Assembly (NCBI GenBank): GCA_937897575.1
Contig: CALCQG010000102.1
Span: forward strand, 1 to 43,726
Length of the DNA stretch: 43,726 nt
Direction: 5' to 3'
From: an uncultured Synergistales bacterium
GTDB taxonomy: Bacteria; Synergistota; Synergistia; Synergistales; Aminobacteriaceae
Part shown: positions 10,209 to 19,467 of the stretch, in pieces
How positions within the stretch are numbered: position 1 is the stretch's first letter
Layout of the letters: every line of letters begins with the position of its first letter
Notes under the pieces: generated by a model
Seen by the model: the letters and a program-made list of their open reading frames with translations, nothing else
Database searches by the model: none
What the model was told of the DNA's origin: nothing
Translations under genes and position numbers: made by a program

Positions 10209-10952
10209 CTACCCCTTCGCTCCGGCGATCTCGTCGAGCTCGGAGTTCAGCCAGTCCAGGACCTTCTTCACCATCTCCATGGAACCGTCCTGGTAGCGTC
10301 GCAGCCAGAAGGAGTAGAGCCAGGCCTCGACGGACGAATCGAACTCGTACAGGCTCATGCTCTCGTCGCGAAGCTCGACGCTCACGGGCGTCGTGTAGGC
10401 CGCCTCCTTGTTCACCTTGGGGAAGCCGGCCAGGTAGAAGGTCTTTCCGGCGTTCAGATCGCCGAGCTCGAGGATGTTGTCGAACTTCTCCTCCCAGTCC
10501 GTCGTGGACACCACGGCCCGGTAGTAGGCCGGGAGCTCGCGGACGACGGGTTCAAGCTGCATGGGGAGGACAAAGTGGTAGAGCACGTACCCCGTGATGT
10601 CGAAGGGCGCGACCTCCACGTCCACGGAGCCGCTCTCGGCGAAGGCCTTGAACAGCTGGATCATGTCGTAGCCGCTGCTGCCCGAGAGTTCGCTCAATCC
10701 GCCCAGCAGACGCGCGATCCGGAGCTTCGCCCCCAGCAACCCCAGGAATTTCTCGTCCACCTCCATGGGTTCGCCGTCCGACGACGTCAGCTCCATGTTC
10801 TCCGGGCCGAGGTCCAACGTCGTGGCGTTCTCGACGATCGTCAGGACCGTCTGAGCGGCGCCCCCATCCTCCCCCGACACCGCTCCTGCTCCGAACAGCA
10901 CCACCGTGGCACACAGCAAAAAAAAGACTGCAATCCGCTTCATCGTGTTCAT
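10209..10952 (-). CDS. Hypothetical exported protein
   Basis: MNTMKRIAVFFLLCATVVLFG signal peptide; acidic mature chain; co-oriented with the two downstream exported genes. Confidence 0.72.
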   Translation of the reverse strand: MNTMKRIAVFFLLCATVVLFGAGAVSGEDGGAAQTVLTIVENATTLDLGPENMELTSSDGEPMEVDEKFLGLLGAKLRIARLLGGLSELSGSSGYDMIQLFKAFAESGSVDVEVAPFDITGYVLYHFVLPMQLEPVVRELPAYYRAVVSTTDWEEKFDNILELGDLNAGKTFYLAGFPKVNKEAAYTTPVSVELRDESMSLYEFDSSVEAWLYSFWLRRYQDGSMEMVKKVLDWLNSELDEIAGAKG

Positions 10953-11024
10953 CGCCCTCCCCGATATGATTGATTCCACTCATCGCGTACTCGTAATGTG
11001 AAAGCCGACACAAGCCTCTCTTGG

Positions 11025-11033
11025 ATTCTACCA
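11025..11033 (-). promoter_or_regulatory. Extended -10 promoter candidate (TGgTAGAAT)
   Basis: Minus strand reads TGGTAGAAT about 70 bp upstream of the 10952 start, in an AT-rich patch. Confidence 0.4.
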
Positions 11034-11123
11034 AATATTTCCTGAAAAAACGTAGAGCGCGGCATCAAATCGCAAAATCACCTCTCTTTTCGCCGCAGCG
11101 CCCTGACGCATTGCCGGAAGATT

Positions 11124-11777
11124 TCACGGCCGCCTTTCCGGAAATCGTCGACGGATACGTGCCACAGCCTCCTTGGCCACCTCCCTCAGGTCTCTGAACC
11201 GGACCTTCGTCAGGGGCTCGATGGCCGGGATATCCTCCGGCTCGCCCCGCTCGCCGAGGACAACGCAGGCGTAGGTCATCTCCCGGTTCCACCGCCGGAC
11301 ATCCTCCCGAAGGACGAAGGAGCGCGCCGTCTCCCGGGCGTCGGCCCTCGCCGACGAGCGCAGCGCCAGCACGGCGGGGTACCGGATCTGCCAGAAGGTG
11401 CTCTCGGTGCAGCGAATCACGGGCAGGATGTCCACATCGTCGGGGAGGTCCAGGCCCCCGATCCCCTCGAGGAGTCCCATGAGGACATACCTGTCCGACT
11501 CCGCATCCACCCGTCCGACGAGATACTCCGTCATCGGACCATCCGCCGTCTTCCCGAGGAGCCTGGACAGAAGATAGTAGGCCTCGCTTCGCAGCCGCCT
11601 GTCCTTCTTCTCTCCGTGGGCCTCGACGAACTTCTTCACCAGCCCCGGGAACTCCGGGTCGTCCGCCGCCTCGGCCTCCCGGTAGGCCTGCCAGGAGACG
11701 GACTCCTCCGACGTATGGACCCTGTCCTGGACGGCCATCCTGGAGATCAGGTCGGCAAGGTACGCCTCCTTGTCCAT
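11124..11777 (-). CDS. HEAT-repeat-like protein (217 aa)
   Basis: C-terminal part of the 779-aa track ORF; real start MDKEAY with SD GGAGGGAG. Helical repeats LRSEAYYLLSRL, IRYPAVLALRS, LREVAKEAVARI. Confidence 0.75.
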   Translation of the reverse strand: MDKEAYLADLISRMAVQDRVHTSEESVSWQAYREAEAADDPEFPGLVKKFVEAHGEKKDRRLRSEAYYLLSRLLGKTADGPMTEYLVGRVDAESDRYVLMGLLEGIGGLDLPDDVDILPVIRCTESTFWQIRYPAVLALRSSARADARETARSFVLREDVRRWNREMTYACVVLGERGEPEDIPAIEPLTKVRFRDLREVAKEAVARIRRRFPERRP

Positions 11778-11875
11778 GACGCTCTCCCTCCATCCGTTCC
11801 GTTTTTTTCCGTCCTCACCGCGAATCCCCTCGCGCTCCGGAGCAAGGCCGACAGGCGCCCTCGCCCCGAGTCGGT

Positions 11876-13003
11876 CTACGAAAGACGGCTGTATCTCCTC
11901 GCGTTCTTCGCCAGCCCGACGAGCCCTCCAGGCAGAGGCCCCATGGCCTCGGCCTGGGTAAAGAGCTCCGAGGAGCGCCTGTAGAGCGTTGTTCGCTCCT
12001 CCTCCGACGAGGCGAGCCCCGCCTCGATGAAAAGGTCCTTTGCCGTCGCCAGAAGGGTTTTCTGATCCGGCGGCGCCGTTCGGACAGGCCCGGTTCCGCC
12101 GTTCAGGAACCCTCTCAGCGGTTCCGTGGGCATCCTGGGGTACCGTTTGTCCGGGTCCGGAGACAGACAGCGCCGGACCAGGCGGACGACCTCTCCGGGG
12201 AGGTCGTCGGGCAGGGGCGGAACCTCCTGGCGGAAAAAGAGATCCGGGGCGGCGGCGAGGCCGGGGGCAAAGGGCAGTGCCCCCGTGAACATCCAGAAGA
12301 GGATGACCCCCAGGGCGAAGACGTCGCTCAGAGGCGACGGACCGCCTGTCACCTGCTCCGGCGGACAGAAGCCCGGCGTCCCGCTCCACCCGTCCCTCCA
12401 CCCCCGCCGTCCGCTCCATGTGCAGGCCACGCCGAAGTCCAGTATCTTCACGAACGTCGGCTTCCAGTCCAGCCAGGGCAGAAGGGCTATGTTGTCGGGT
12501 TTGAGGTCGCAGTGCACCACCCCTTTGGCATGGAAGTCGTCGGCTCCGTCGGCGATCTGGAGGCCCACGTAGAGCTTCTCCTCGAAGGAGAGGGATCCGA
12601 CGCCCCGGGAGAGCGTGGGACCGTCCACGTGCTCCATGACGAGGTAGGGGACGCTCTCCTCGACGAAGGCGTCGTGGAGCACCACCACGTTCTGGTGCGG
12701 GGAGCGGCGCATCGCCATGGCCTCCGCGATGAACTCCCTCGGCGTCACGGCCACATCGGCGTGCAGGGGGAACTTCACGGCCACCGAGCCGAGGCTCTGC
12801 CCGTCGAAGAGCTGGAGCGCCTTCGCCGTGCACCCGAAGCCCCCCGACCCCAGGGGCTCGAGCAGACGATACTTCCCGCCCGCCAGCGTCCTCCCTGCCA
12901 GGGGGCCGCGGATCCATCGCTCCTCTGCCCCGCAGGACGGGCACGTCGCATCGTCCTCGGATACCGTCCTCCAACACCGCGGGCAGCACAGCGTCCTCTC
13001 CAT
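11876..13003 (-). CDS. Hanks-type Ser/Thr protein kinase with N-terminal zinc ribbon
   Basis: CPRC...CPSC; LGSGGFG, VAVK, HCDLKPDN, DFG, GTPGFCPPE, SDVFALG; no TM segment; SD GGAGGGAGG. Confidence 0.92.
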   Translation of the reverse strand: MERTLCCPRCWRTVSEDDATCPSCGAEERWIRGPLAGRTLAGGKYRLLEPLGSGGFGCTAKALQLFDGQSLGSVAVKFPLHADVAVTPREFIAEAMAMRRSPHQNVVVLHDAFVEESVPYLVMEHVDGPTLSRGVGSLSFEEKLYVGLQIADGADDFHAKGVVHCDLKPDNIALLPWLDWKPTFVKILDFGVACTWSGRRGWRDGWSGTPGFCPPEQVTGGPSPLSDVFALGVILFWMFTGALPFAPGLAAAPDLFFRQEVPPLPDDLPGEVVRLVRRCLSPDPDKRYPRMPTEPLRGFLNGGTGPVRTAPPDQKTLLATAKDLFIEAGLASSEEERTTLYRRSSELFTQAEAMGPLPGGLVGLAKNARRYSRLS

Positions 13004-13452
13004 GGTCCTCCCTCCTCGCCGACGGATGCTCTTCACTTCCGTCACCAGAAGTATATCGGACAAAAGCGGTCGCGCCACCGCCCGAAGGGCGAAACCACCC
13101 CGGGAGTTGGGGTGGGCTTTGCGACCCCTGGCGCGACGTCGCGTCCCCGTGCGCGCGCAATACGGATGAAGAAGACGCTCTCACCGGGGTTGTTCCCCAG
13201 GACGAAGGGGCCATCGTGACGAAGGGCATGGGATCGGCCCGACCGACGACGCGGCGGAGCGCCGGGTTCTGCGCGGCCATCGATCCCCCTCTTCCCCTCG
13301 CCCCGGTCGTCCTTCGGCAAGGCGTCGGCTCCCCCCTCGAAGGCGGAGAGAGTCCGCACCCCTCCTGTATAATTCCCGTGGATCGACTATACTGCACGGA
13401 GGGGGCAAGCTGCGCAGTGGAGAGCTCCCCCCCCCCTTCAGGAGGAGTGCCC

Positions 13453-16239
13453 ATGGGCCTCATCGGGAAGCTGTTCTCCGGGTTCCGAACCGACGATCAC
13501 CATACTCCGGACATAGGTGCGCTGAACGGGGACGGAGTGACGCTTCTCATGACCGCCGTCCGTGAGGGAGACCTCCAGGAGCTCGAAAGACTCCTGAAGG
13601 CCGGTGTCGACGTGAACGCGCGCGGTGAGAGGGGTTGGACGCCTCTTATGGTCGCGGCGGACAGAGGAGATGCCCGCGTCCTGAAGGCCCTTCTCGAAAG
13701 GGGCGCGGACGTCGACGGACGGGACGGGGACGGCTGGACGCCGCTCATGGTTGCCGCGTGGGGCGGCGGAGAACCGGGGACGGTGGACATCCTTCTCGAG
13801 CACGGAGCCGACGTGAACGCCCGGGACAAGGACGGCTGGACGCCCCTGATGTTCGCCGCGGACGGAGGAACCTCCCGCGCCCTGAGGGCCCTTCTCGACA
13901 GGGGGGCGGACGTGGACGCCCGGGACGGAAACGGTTGGACGCCGCTCATGCACGCCCTGCAGCGCGACGGAGACGGAGAGATCCTCCGCGCCCTCGTCGC
14001 GGCGGGCGCAACGGCGCACTTTCCCGACAGCGAAAGCAGAATGGTCCTCCTCGGCGGCAGGGACGCCGAAACCCTGAAGCTCCTCGCCTCCGCCGGGCTG
14101 GACATGGATGAAAGGGACGAGACGGGGAGGACGCTCCTCATGGTCGCGGCGGCGGAGAACCGGGCCGCCATGGTCCCCCTCATCGAGGCCGGAGCCAACG
14201 TGGACGCCGAGGACGAGGATGGAGGAACGCTTCTCATGCGCGCCGCAAAGGACGGGGACCTCGACCTGCTGCGGCTGCTCCTCGAGGCCGGAGCCGATCC
14301 CGACAGGAGCAACAGGAACGGCGGGACGGCCCTTCTGTTCGCGGCGGGCCGCCGGGAGAACCCCGAGCCCTTGCGGCTCCTCATCGCCGCCGGAGCGGAC
14401 GTGAACAAGGCCGACGCCGACGGCGTAACGCCCCTCATGGTGGCTTCGGACAGCGGCAAGGCCCTTTCCGCCGTCGAAACCCTCGTGGAATCCGGTGCCA
14501 AGGTCGACGATCAGGACAGCAGCGGGAGGACGGCCCTCATGTACGCGGCCCAAAGCAACGAAAACCCCGACATCCCCGTCTTTCTTATGAAAAACGGCGC
14601 AAGCGTCCATGTGAGGGACGGCCGCGGGGCGACGCCCCTCATGTTCGCCGCGTGGAGCAACCCGAACCCCGACGTGCTGAACACTCTTCTGCGTGCCGGA
14701 GCCGACGTCCGCGCCCGGGACAAGGACGGCTGGACGGCCCTCACCCTCGCCGCCCGACGAGGGGCTTCCGACGTCCTGAAGATACTCCTCGGCGCGGGGG
14801 CTCCTGTGGACGACGCGGGAAGGGACGGCGAGACGGCGCTGCTCTGTGCCGCACGGCACGGGCACTTCGAGGTTATGAAGCTCCTCGTCGATTCGGGAGC
14901 AAACATAGGCGAAGGCGACAGAAACGGACGATCCGCCCTGGCGTACGCCGCCCGGGGGGACAGCCCGGAGATGGTCGCCTTCCTCATCCACAGGGGCATG
15001 GAGATCGACTCCCGGGATATCATCGGCGCGACCCCCCTCATGGCCGCCGCCCGATACGGCTCCACCCCCGATACTCTCACCCCGCTCCTGAAGGCCGGGG
15101 CGAACATCCACGCGCAGGACAACGACGGCTGGACGCCCCTCCTGTTCGCCGCCCTCAACGAGAACGTCGCGCTCCTGAAGGCCCTCGTCGCCGCGGGGTG
15201 CGACACCGACGCCAGGGCTTCCGACGGCACGACGTCCCTCATGATGGCCGCCCGGTACAACAGCAACCCCGACGTCCTCAAGGCCCTCGTCGACTCCGGG
15301 GCGGACGTCCACGCCCGGGACAAGGACGGCTGGACGGCCCTCATGTTCGCGGCCTGCTTCAACCCCGTCCCCGATGTCCTGAACCTCCTCCTCGACAGAG
15401 GGTCCGACGTGAACGCGCGGGACCTGAAGGGTTGGACCCCTCTCATGCTGGCCGCCTGGGGGAACCCCGACGCGCGGATTCCGGAGCTCCTGACGGACGC
15501 GGGAGCCCCGCTCGACGGCATCGGCGGCGAGAGGAGGAGCACCCCTCTCATGATCGCGGCGGAGAACAACACCAGCCTGGAGGTGCTGCGATTTTTCTTC
15601 GACGAGGGGGCGGATGTGAACGCCCGCGACGGGGAGGGCTACACACCGCTCATGGCCGCGGCGCAGAAGAACAAAAATCCCGACGTGCTGGACGCCCTCG
15701 TGAAAGCCGGAGCAGACGTCAACGCCCAGGATGGGGACGGATGGTCCGCCCTCATGTACGCCGCCCGATACGGCAGCGGGACCGCGGCGCTCCGGACCCT
15801 CATCGACGCCGGAGCGCACCTCGAGGCGCGGGACAGGGACGGCACCACGGCCCTCATGTTCGCCGCGTGGAAGAACGACGACCCTCAGGTCCTGCAATGC
15901 CTCATCGAGGCCGGAGGCGATGTGGACGTACGGGACCACGCAGGCTGGACGCCCCTTCTGTGCGCCGCCCGCCACAACAGGACCCCCCGGGTGACGGCCC
16001 TCCTCATCGAGGCGACGAACGACGTCAATGCCAGGCACGAGGGCGACTGGACCCCTCTCATGGTGGCCGCGAAGTACAACACCCCCGACGTGCTGCGGCT
16101 CCTCCTCGGCGGCGGAGGGGACGCGAAGGCGCGAAACGCCGGCGGACGACGCGCTCTGGACTACGCCGAGAAGAACGAGCTGATCGCAGGGACCCCTGAA
16201 CACTGGATGCTGAGCGAGGCGACCTTCAGGAAGGAGTGA
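13453..16239 (+). CDS. Large cytoplasmic ankyrin-repeat protein (928 aa, roughly 25 or more repeats)
   Basis: Repeated GADVNARDxDGWTPLMxAA units over nearly the whole length; SD AGGAGGAG before MGLIGKLF; no signal peptide. Confidence 0.93.
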   Translation: MGLIGKLFSGFRTDDHHTPDIGALNGDGVTLLMTAVREGDLQELERLLKAGVDVNARGERGWTPLMVAADRGDARVLKALLERGADVDGRDGDGWTPLMVAAWGGGEPGTVDILLEHGADVNARDKDGWTPLMFAADGGTSRALRALLDRGADVDARDGNGWTPLMHALQRDGDGEILRALVAAGATAHFPDSESRMVLLGGRDAETLKLLASAGLDMDERDETGRTLLMVAAAENRAAMVPLIEAGANVDAEDEDGGTLLMRAAKDGDLDLLRLLLEAGADPDRSNRNGGTALLFAAGRRENPEPLRLLIAAGADVNKADADGVTPLMVASDSGKALSAVETLVESGAKVDDQDSSGRTALMYAAQSNENPDIPVFLMKNGASVHVRDGRGATPLMFAAWSNPNPDVLNTLLRAGADVRARDKDGWTALTLAARRGASDVLKILLGAGAPVDDAGRDGETALLCAARHGHFEVMKLLVDSGANIGEGDRNGRSALAYAARGDSPEMVAFLIHRGMEIDSRDIIGATPLMAAARYGSTPDTLTPLLKAGANIHAQDNDGWTPLLFAALNENVALLKALVAAGCDTDARASDGTTSLMMAARYNSNPDVLKALVDSGADVHARDKDGWTALMFAACFNPVPDVLNLLLDRGSDVNARDLKGWTPLMLAAWGNPDARIPELLTDAGAPLDGIGGERRSTPLMIAAENNTSLEVLRFFFDEGADVNARDGEGYTPLMAAAQKNKNPDVLDALVKAGADVNAQDGDGWSALMYAARYGSGTAALRTLIDAGAHLEARDRDGTTALMFAAWKNDDPQVLQCLIEAGGDVDVRDHAGWTPLLCAARHNRTPRVTALLIEATNDVNARHEGDWTPLMVAAKYNTPDVLRLLLGGGGDAKARNAGGRRALDYAEKNELIAGTPEHWMLSEATFRKE

Positions 16240-16527
16240 CCCCGTTTCAAAAGCATTCGGCACATGGTGTCGCCGCGAACAATGGGACGGCCGTGAGCCG
16301 CCGCGCACTGTCCGGCCCGTGAGCCGCCCTCTGCTGCTTCGTTCCAGGGCAAGCCGCCGGCTCGACCCGCCGGAGACGCTCGCGGATCACCAATCTCTGT
16401 CCGAAGGGGTGAGATCGGGGCCAAAATCCTTGCAGCAACACCGCACCCCCTTCGGGACGACAGGACTCTCGCCGTCCCGCTCCGCACGAGCCGTGCAATC
16501 GAGACCGGAGGGGGCCTCCGTTCATGA

Positions 16528-16566
16528 GAAAAGGGCGGGAGGGGTTTCGCCCCTCCCGCCCTTTTC
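16528..16566. terminator. Bidirectional intrinsic terminator
   Basis: GAAAAGGGCGGGAGGGG-tttcg-CCCCTCCCGCCCTTTTC, 17-bp arms with A/T tails, between the convergent ankyrin gene and thrC. Confidence 0.85.
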
Positions 16567-16577
16567 GTGGCAATGCC

Positions 16578-17750
16578 CTATCTCATCTTTTCGGCGAGCT
16601 CCTTGAGCTTGCAGTCCTTCCACTTCAGCTTGTGGGCCTGAAAGGCCGCGGTGTACTTGAGCCCGCTGCCCGTCATGATGAGGACGGCCGTCGAGCCCTC
16701 GGCGACCAGTCCCTCCTCCCGGGCGTTCCGGAGACAGGCGAGCGGGACACAGGACGCCGGCTGGCCGAAGAAACCCTGGCGGGCCATATGCTTCTGGGCC
16801 TTGACGATCTCCTTCTCCTTGGCCCCCAGGGCAACACCGCCGTACCTTCTCAGCTCGGCGAGCACCCTGTTCCCGCTCGGGGGGAAGGGGTTCTCGATGG
16901 CGTGGGCGATGGTATGGGGGGACTCGAAGGGCTTGATCCGCTCCTCACCGGCGTCGAAGGCGGCCACGATGGGCGAGCACCCCTGGGCCTGGGCGCAGAG
17001 AAACCTGGGCATCCTGTCCGTCAGTCCGGCCGACAGCAGGTCCTCGAAGCCGTTGATGATGCCCCGGAGGTTCCCCCCCGCGCTGGTCGGGACCACAACC
17101 CAATCAGGGACGGAGAACCCCCGCTGCTCGGCGATCTCGAAGGCGATGGTCCTCGATCCCGCGACCCGAAAGGGGACGTCGGAGTTCATGAAGTAGATGC
17201 CAAGCTCTGCTCCGAGACGGATGCTCTCCTTGTAGAGCTTGTCGTAGGCTCCTTCGACGCGGAGGAGCGTCGGCCCGTAGATGGCCACGGGGGCCATCTT
17301 CTCCTCGTCCGTGTCGCCCTTCACCAGGATCACGGCCTCCATGCCCGCCGCCGCACCGTAGGCGGCCACCGACGCCGCCATGTTGCCCGTGGAGACGGTC
17401 CCGATCCGGCTGAACCCCAGCGCCCGGGCGTGGGCCACACAGGCGGCCGTCCCCCGGTCCTTGAAGGACCACGTGGGGTTCGCGCTCTCGTTCTTTACCT
17501 GGACGTCGGCAAGTCCGAGCTCGTCGGCGAAGTCCTTCACCGAAACGAGGGGCGTGTTCCCCTCGCCGAGGGAGACCCACTCGCCTTCCTCGAAGGGGAA
17601 AAAGATCGCCCTGTCCGTCCGTTTCTCCGCCGCCCCCTCGCCTCCGTCCCAGACAAGGTCGAGAGGCTCGCCGCACTCGCACCGGAAGGTGGGCGTCCGG
17701 GCGTCGTAGTTTGCGCCGCAGCTCTTGCACCGCAACAAGGCGTTTCTCAT
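16578..17750 (-). CDS. thrC: Threonine synthase (PLP-dependent)
   Basis: N-terminal CxxC...CxC, SLGEGNTPL, KNESANPTWSFKDRG (PLP lysine), STGNMAAS, TGSGLK. Confidence 0.85.
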   Translation of the reverse strand: MRNALLRCKSCGANYDARTPTFRCECGEPLDLVWDGGEGAAEKRTDRAIFFPFEEGEWVSLGEGNTPLVSVKDFADELGLADVQVKNESANPTWSFKDRGTAACVAHARALGFSRIGTVSTGNMAASVAAYGAAAGMEAVILVKGDTDEEKMAPVAIYGPTLLRVEGAYDKLYKESIRLGAELGIYFMNSDVPFRVAGSRTIAFEIAEQRGFSVPDWVVVPTSAGGNLRGIINGFEDLLSAGLTDRMPRFLCAQAQGCSPIVAAFDAGEERIKPFESPHTIAHAIENPFPPSGNRVLAELRRYGGVALGAKEKEIVKAQKHMARQGFFGQPASCVPLACLRNAREEGLVAEGSTAVLIMTGSGLKYTAAFQAHKLKWKDCKLKELAEKMR

Positions 17751-17849
17751 CGGATGTACCTCCTCAATTGAACTTCTTCTCGATTGTACATCGCCCCGTC
17801 GATTTTTCAACAGGCGCCCGGCACCGCGACAGAAGGCCTGGACAGTCCC

Positions 17850-17970
17850 CTACTTCAGGCGCTCGAGAGCTGATGTCCCCTTCACCAAGGGGTTCTTCGC
17901 CGCGAGCGCGGCAGCCGATTCTCCCGCCCCGTTCTTCGCCTTCGGATCGGCCCCGGCCTCAATGAGGGCA
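17850..17970 (-). pseudogene. Displaced 3' fragment of an ankyrin gene (paralogous to the end of 25783..27153)
   Basis: Encodes ALIEAGADPKAKNGAGESAAALAAKNPLVKGTSALERLK* versus ALLEAGADPKAKNGAGESAAALAAKNPLVKGSDAEERLKKTAP*. Confidence 0.8.
17876..17960. repeat. 85-bp direct repeat, copy 1
   Basis: Matches 25821-25905 at 83 of 85 positions by manual alignment. Confidence 0.95.
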
Positions 17971-18124
17971 TCCTTGCGGATCGATTCGCCGCGGCGAACG
18001 CGAGAGGGCGTCCACAACCCCTCCCGCTGCATGCATTCACGTCACGCTGGATACCACAGGTTCTTCAGCCTCAGGAGGTCTCCTCCCCGAACGGCAATCA
18101 TGGGAGAGGTCAACTCTCCCTCGT

Positions 18125-19462
18125 TCAGAACTTGGTCTTTTTCAGAACCCACCACGGCGCCATGCTGGAGTCCAGGTGCCCTCGTCCCGTCATCTCCCAC
18201 ATGATGGCGAAGGCGGACCACAACCGTGTGAAGAACGCGAAAACAGGCATGAGGGGAAGCAGCGGGATGAGGTGACGGTCCTCCTTCGGACGTTCCGAGA
18301 GGAAGAAGAGCGTGATGAAGAAGAAGAACACCTCCACGGCGAGGTAGAAGACGTAGACGATGAGGAAAATGGCCGCTACGACACGAAGGGGGGCGACGAC
18401 GAAGAGGAGCAGGGTGTAGAAGAACAGAAGGATCGGCGTGATGATCTGAAAGAAAAGGCCGCCTACGAGCATCACGATGAGATTGAGCCATCCGATGAGA
18501 TGGACGGCGAAGGATCGGAAGTGCTTGACGAAATAGAGGAAGAAGAGGTCCCCGTCCCATCGAAGCCGCTGTTTGAAGAAGCCCTTGAAGGTGTCCGGCG
18601 CGTCCGTATGGCCCATAACCTCGGGGTCGAAGATGATGCGCATCTTCTTCTCCCTGTTGAAATAATTCTTCACCCGTATGGTGAGGTCCAGGTCCTCCGC
18701 CGTTCCGCTGTCCCAGCCTCCTATGAGCTCCAGGGTCGTTCTCCTGAATATTCCGAAGGCCCCCGAGATGTTGTTCACGGCGTTGAACTCGCTCAGCCCC
18801 GTCTTGCTTGCCATGATGGAGACGAGGTATTCAACGGCCTGCAGGGCCGCTGCAAGAGAGACTCTCCAGTTCCTGACCCGAAGGCACCCCGAGACGCACG
18901 CCACGTTGGGGTCGACGAAATGCCGGGTCGCCTTGTCCACCATGTCGTTGTCGAAGGAGGTGTCACCGTCCATGACCATGATGATGTCCCCGGTCGTGAC
19001 GGCGTACCCGGCGTTGAGCGAGGAGACCCTTCCGCCCCTCTGCCGTTTCGGAAGGGGTTTCAGGACTCTGTTGGGGAGGGCGTTGACCCACTCCTCCATG
19101 TCGAGCGCCGCTTCATAGGTGGCCTTGTTCTGCACCGAACCGTCGATGACCGGGATGATCTCCATCTTTCCCGGGTAGATCTGCTCTGCGAGAGAGCGTA
19201 TGGTGAGCTGGATATCCTTTCCCTCGGAATAACAGGTGATGACGCAGGAGACGGAGGGGTAAAAGGGCACCCGTTCGGGGGTCTCCTCTGTTTTTCTGAG
19301 GATGTACTTCATGAGTCCGGCGAGCACCAGGAGATAGTATGGAAGCTCGAGGAAGAGGATGAGCGGAACGAACTTGAAGAGGACCACCCACATTTCGGAG
19401 GAGAAAGGGTCGCTGAGCAGCCCTCTCATGCTCCGGATCAAGAAGGTCATCCAGTCCCCCAT
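18125..19462 (-). CDS. Processive GT2 polysaccharide synthase (PgaC/IcaA/HasA-like)
   Basis: N-terminal TM; ITCYSE, IDGS, MDGD (DxD), SGAFGIFRR, AEDLDLT, QRLRW; C-terminal TM helices; no PilZ domain. Confidence 0.9.
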   Translation of the reverse strand: MGDWMTFLIRSMRGLLSDPFSSEMWVVLFKFVPLILFLELPYYLLVLAGLMKYILRKTEETPERVPFYPSVSCVITCYSEGKDIQLTIRSLAEQIYPGKMEIIPVIDGSVQNKATYEAALDMEEWVNALPNRVLKPLPKRQRGGRVSSLNAGYAVTTGDIIMVMDGDTSFDNDMVDKATRHFVDPNVACVSGCLRVRNWRVSLAAALQAVEYLVSIMASKTGLSEFNAVNNISGAFGIFRRTTLELIGGWDSGTAEDLDLTIRVKNYFNREKKMRIIFDPEVMGHTDAPDTFKGFFKQRLRWDGDLFFLYFVKHFRSFAVHLIGWLNLIVMLVGGLFFQIITPILLFFYTLLLFVVAPLRVVAAIFLIVYVFYLAVEVFFFFITLFFLSERPKEDRHLIPLLPLMPVFAFFTRLWSAFAIMWEMTGRGHLDSSMAPWWVLKKTKF

Positions 19463-19467
19463 GATCG

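Noticed and set aside
13090..13160. c-di-GMP-I or ZTP riboswitch (minus-strand GGTCGCAAAGCC; plus-strand GGTCGC...GCGACC)
   Set aside because: Only fragments resemble the consensus; the GNRA-capped stem/receptor and the ZTP pseudoknot motifs were not found.
11124..13463. 779-aa ORF as a single protein or kinase-HEAT fusion
   Set aside because: The N-terminal ~560 aa is Arg/Gly/Pro-rich off-frame read-through over the kinase; only the part from MDKEAY (own SD) looks like protein.
13453..16239. Recurrent ~100-bp DNA units (e.g. GCCCGGGACAAGGACGGCTGGACG) as a CRISPR array or tandem repeat element
   Set aside because: They are in-frame ankyrin coding repeats, with no constant repeat/unique spacer layout and no cas genes.
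13438..16308. Long antisense and alternative-frame ORFs (956 aa here; also 1274-3202, 6844-9351, 40151-42760, 40611-42731)
   Set aside because: Shadow ORFs expected in high-GC coding DNA; they overlap well-supported genes and have no recognisable motifs.
17850..18032. 60-aa ORF as a real small gene
   Set aside because: Only the last ~40 codons are ankyrin-derived; better explained as the displaced gene end at the island border.
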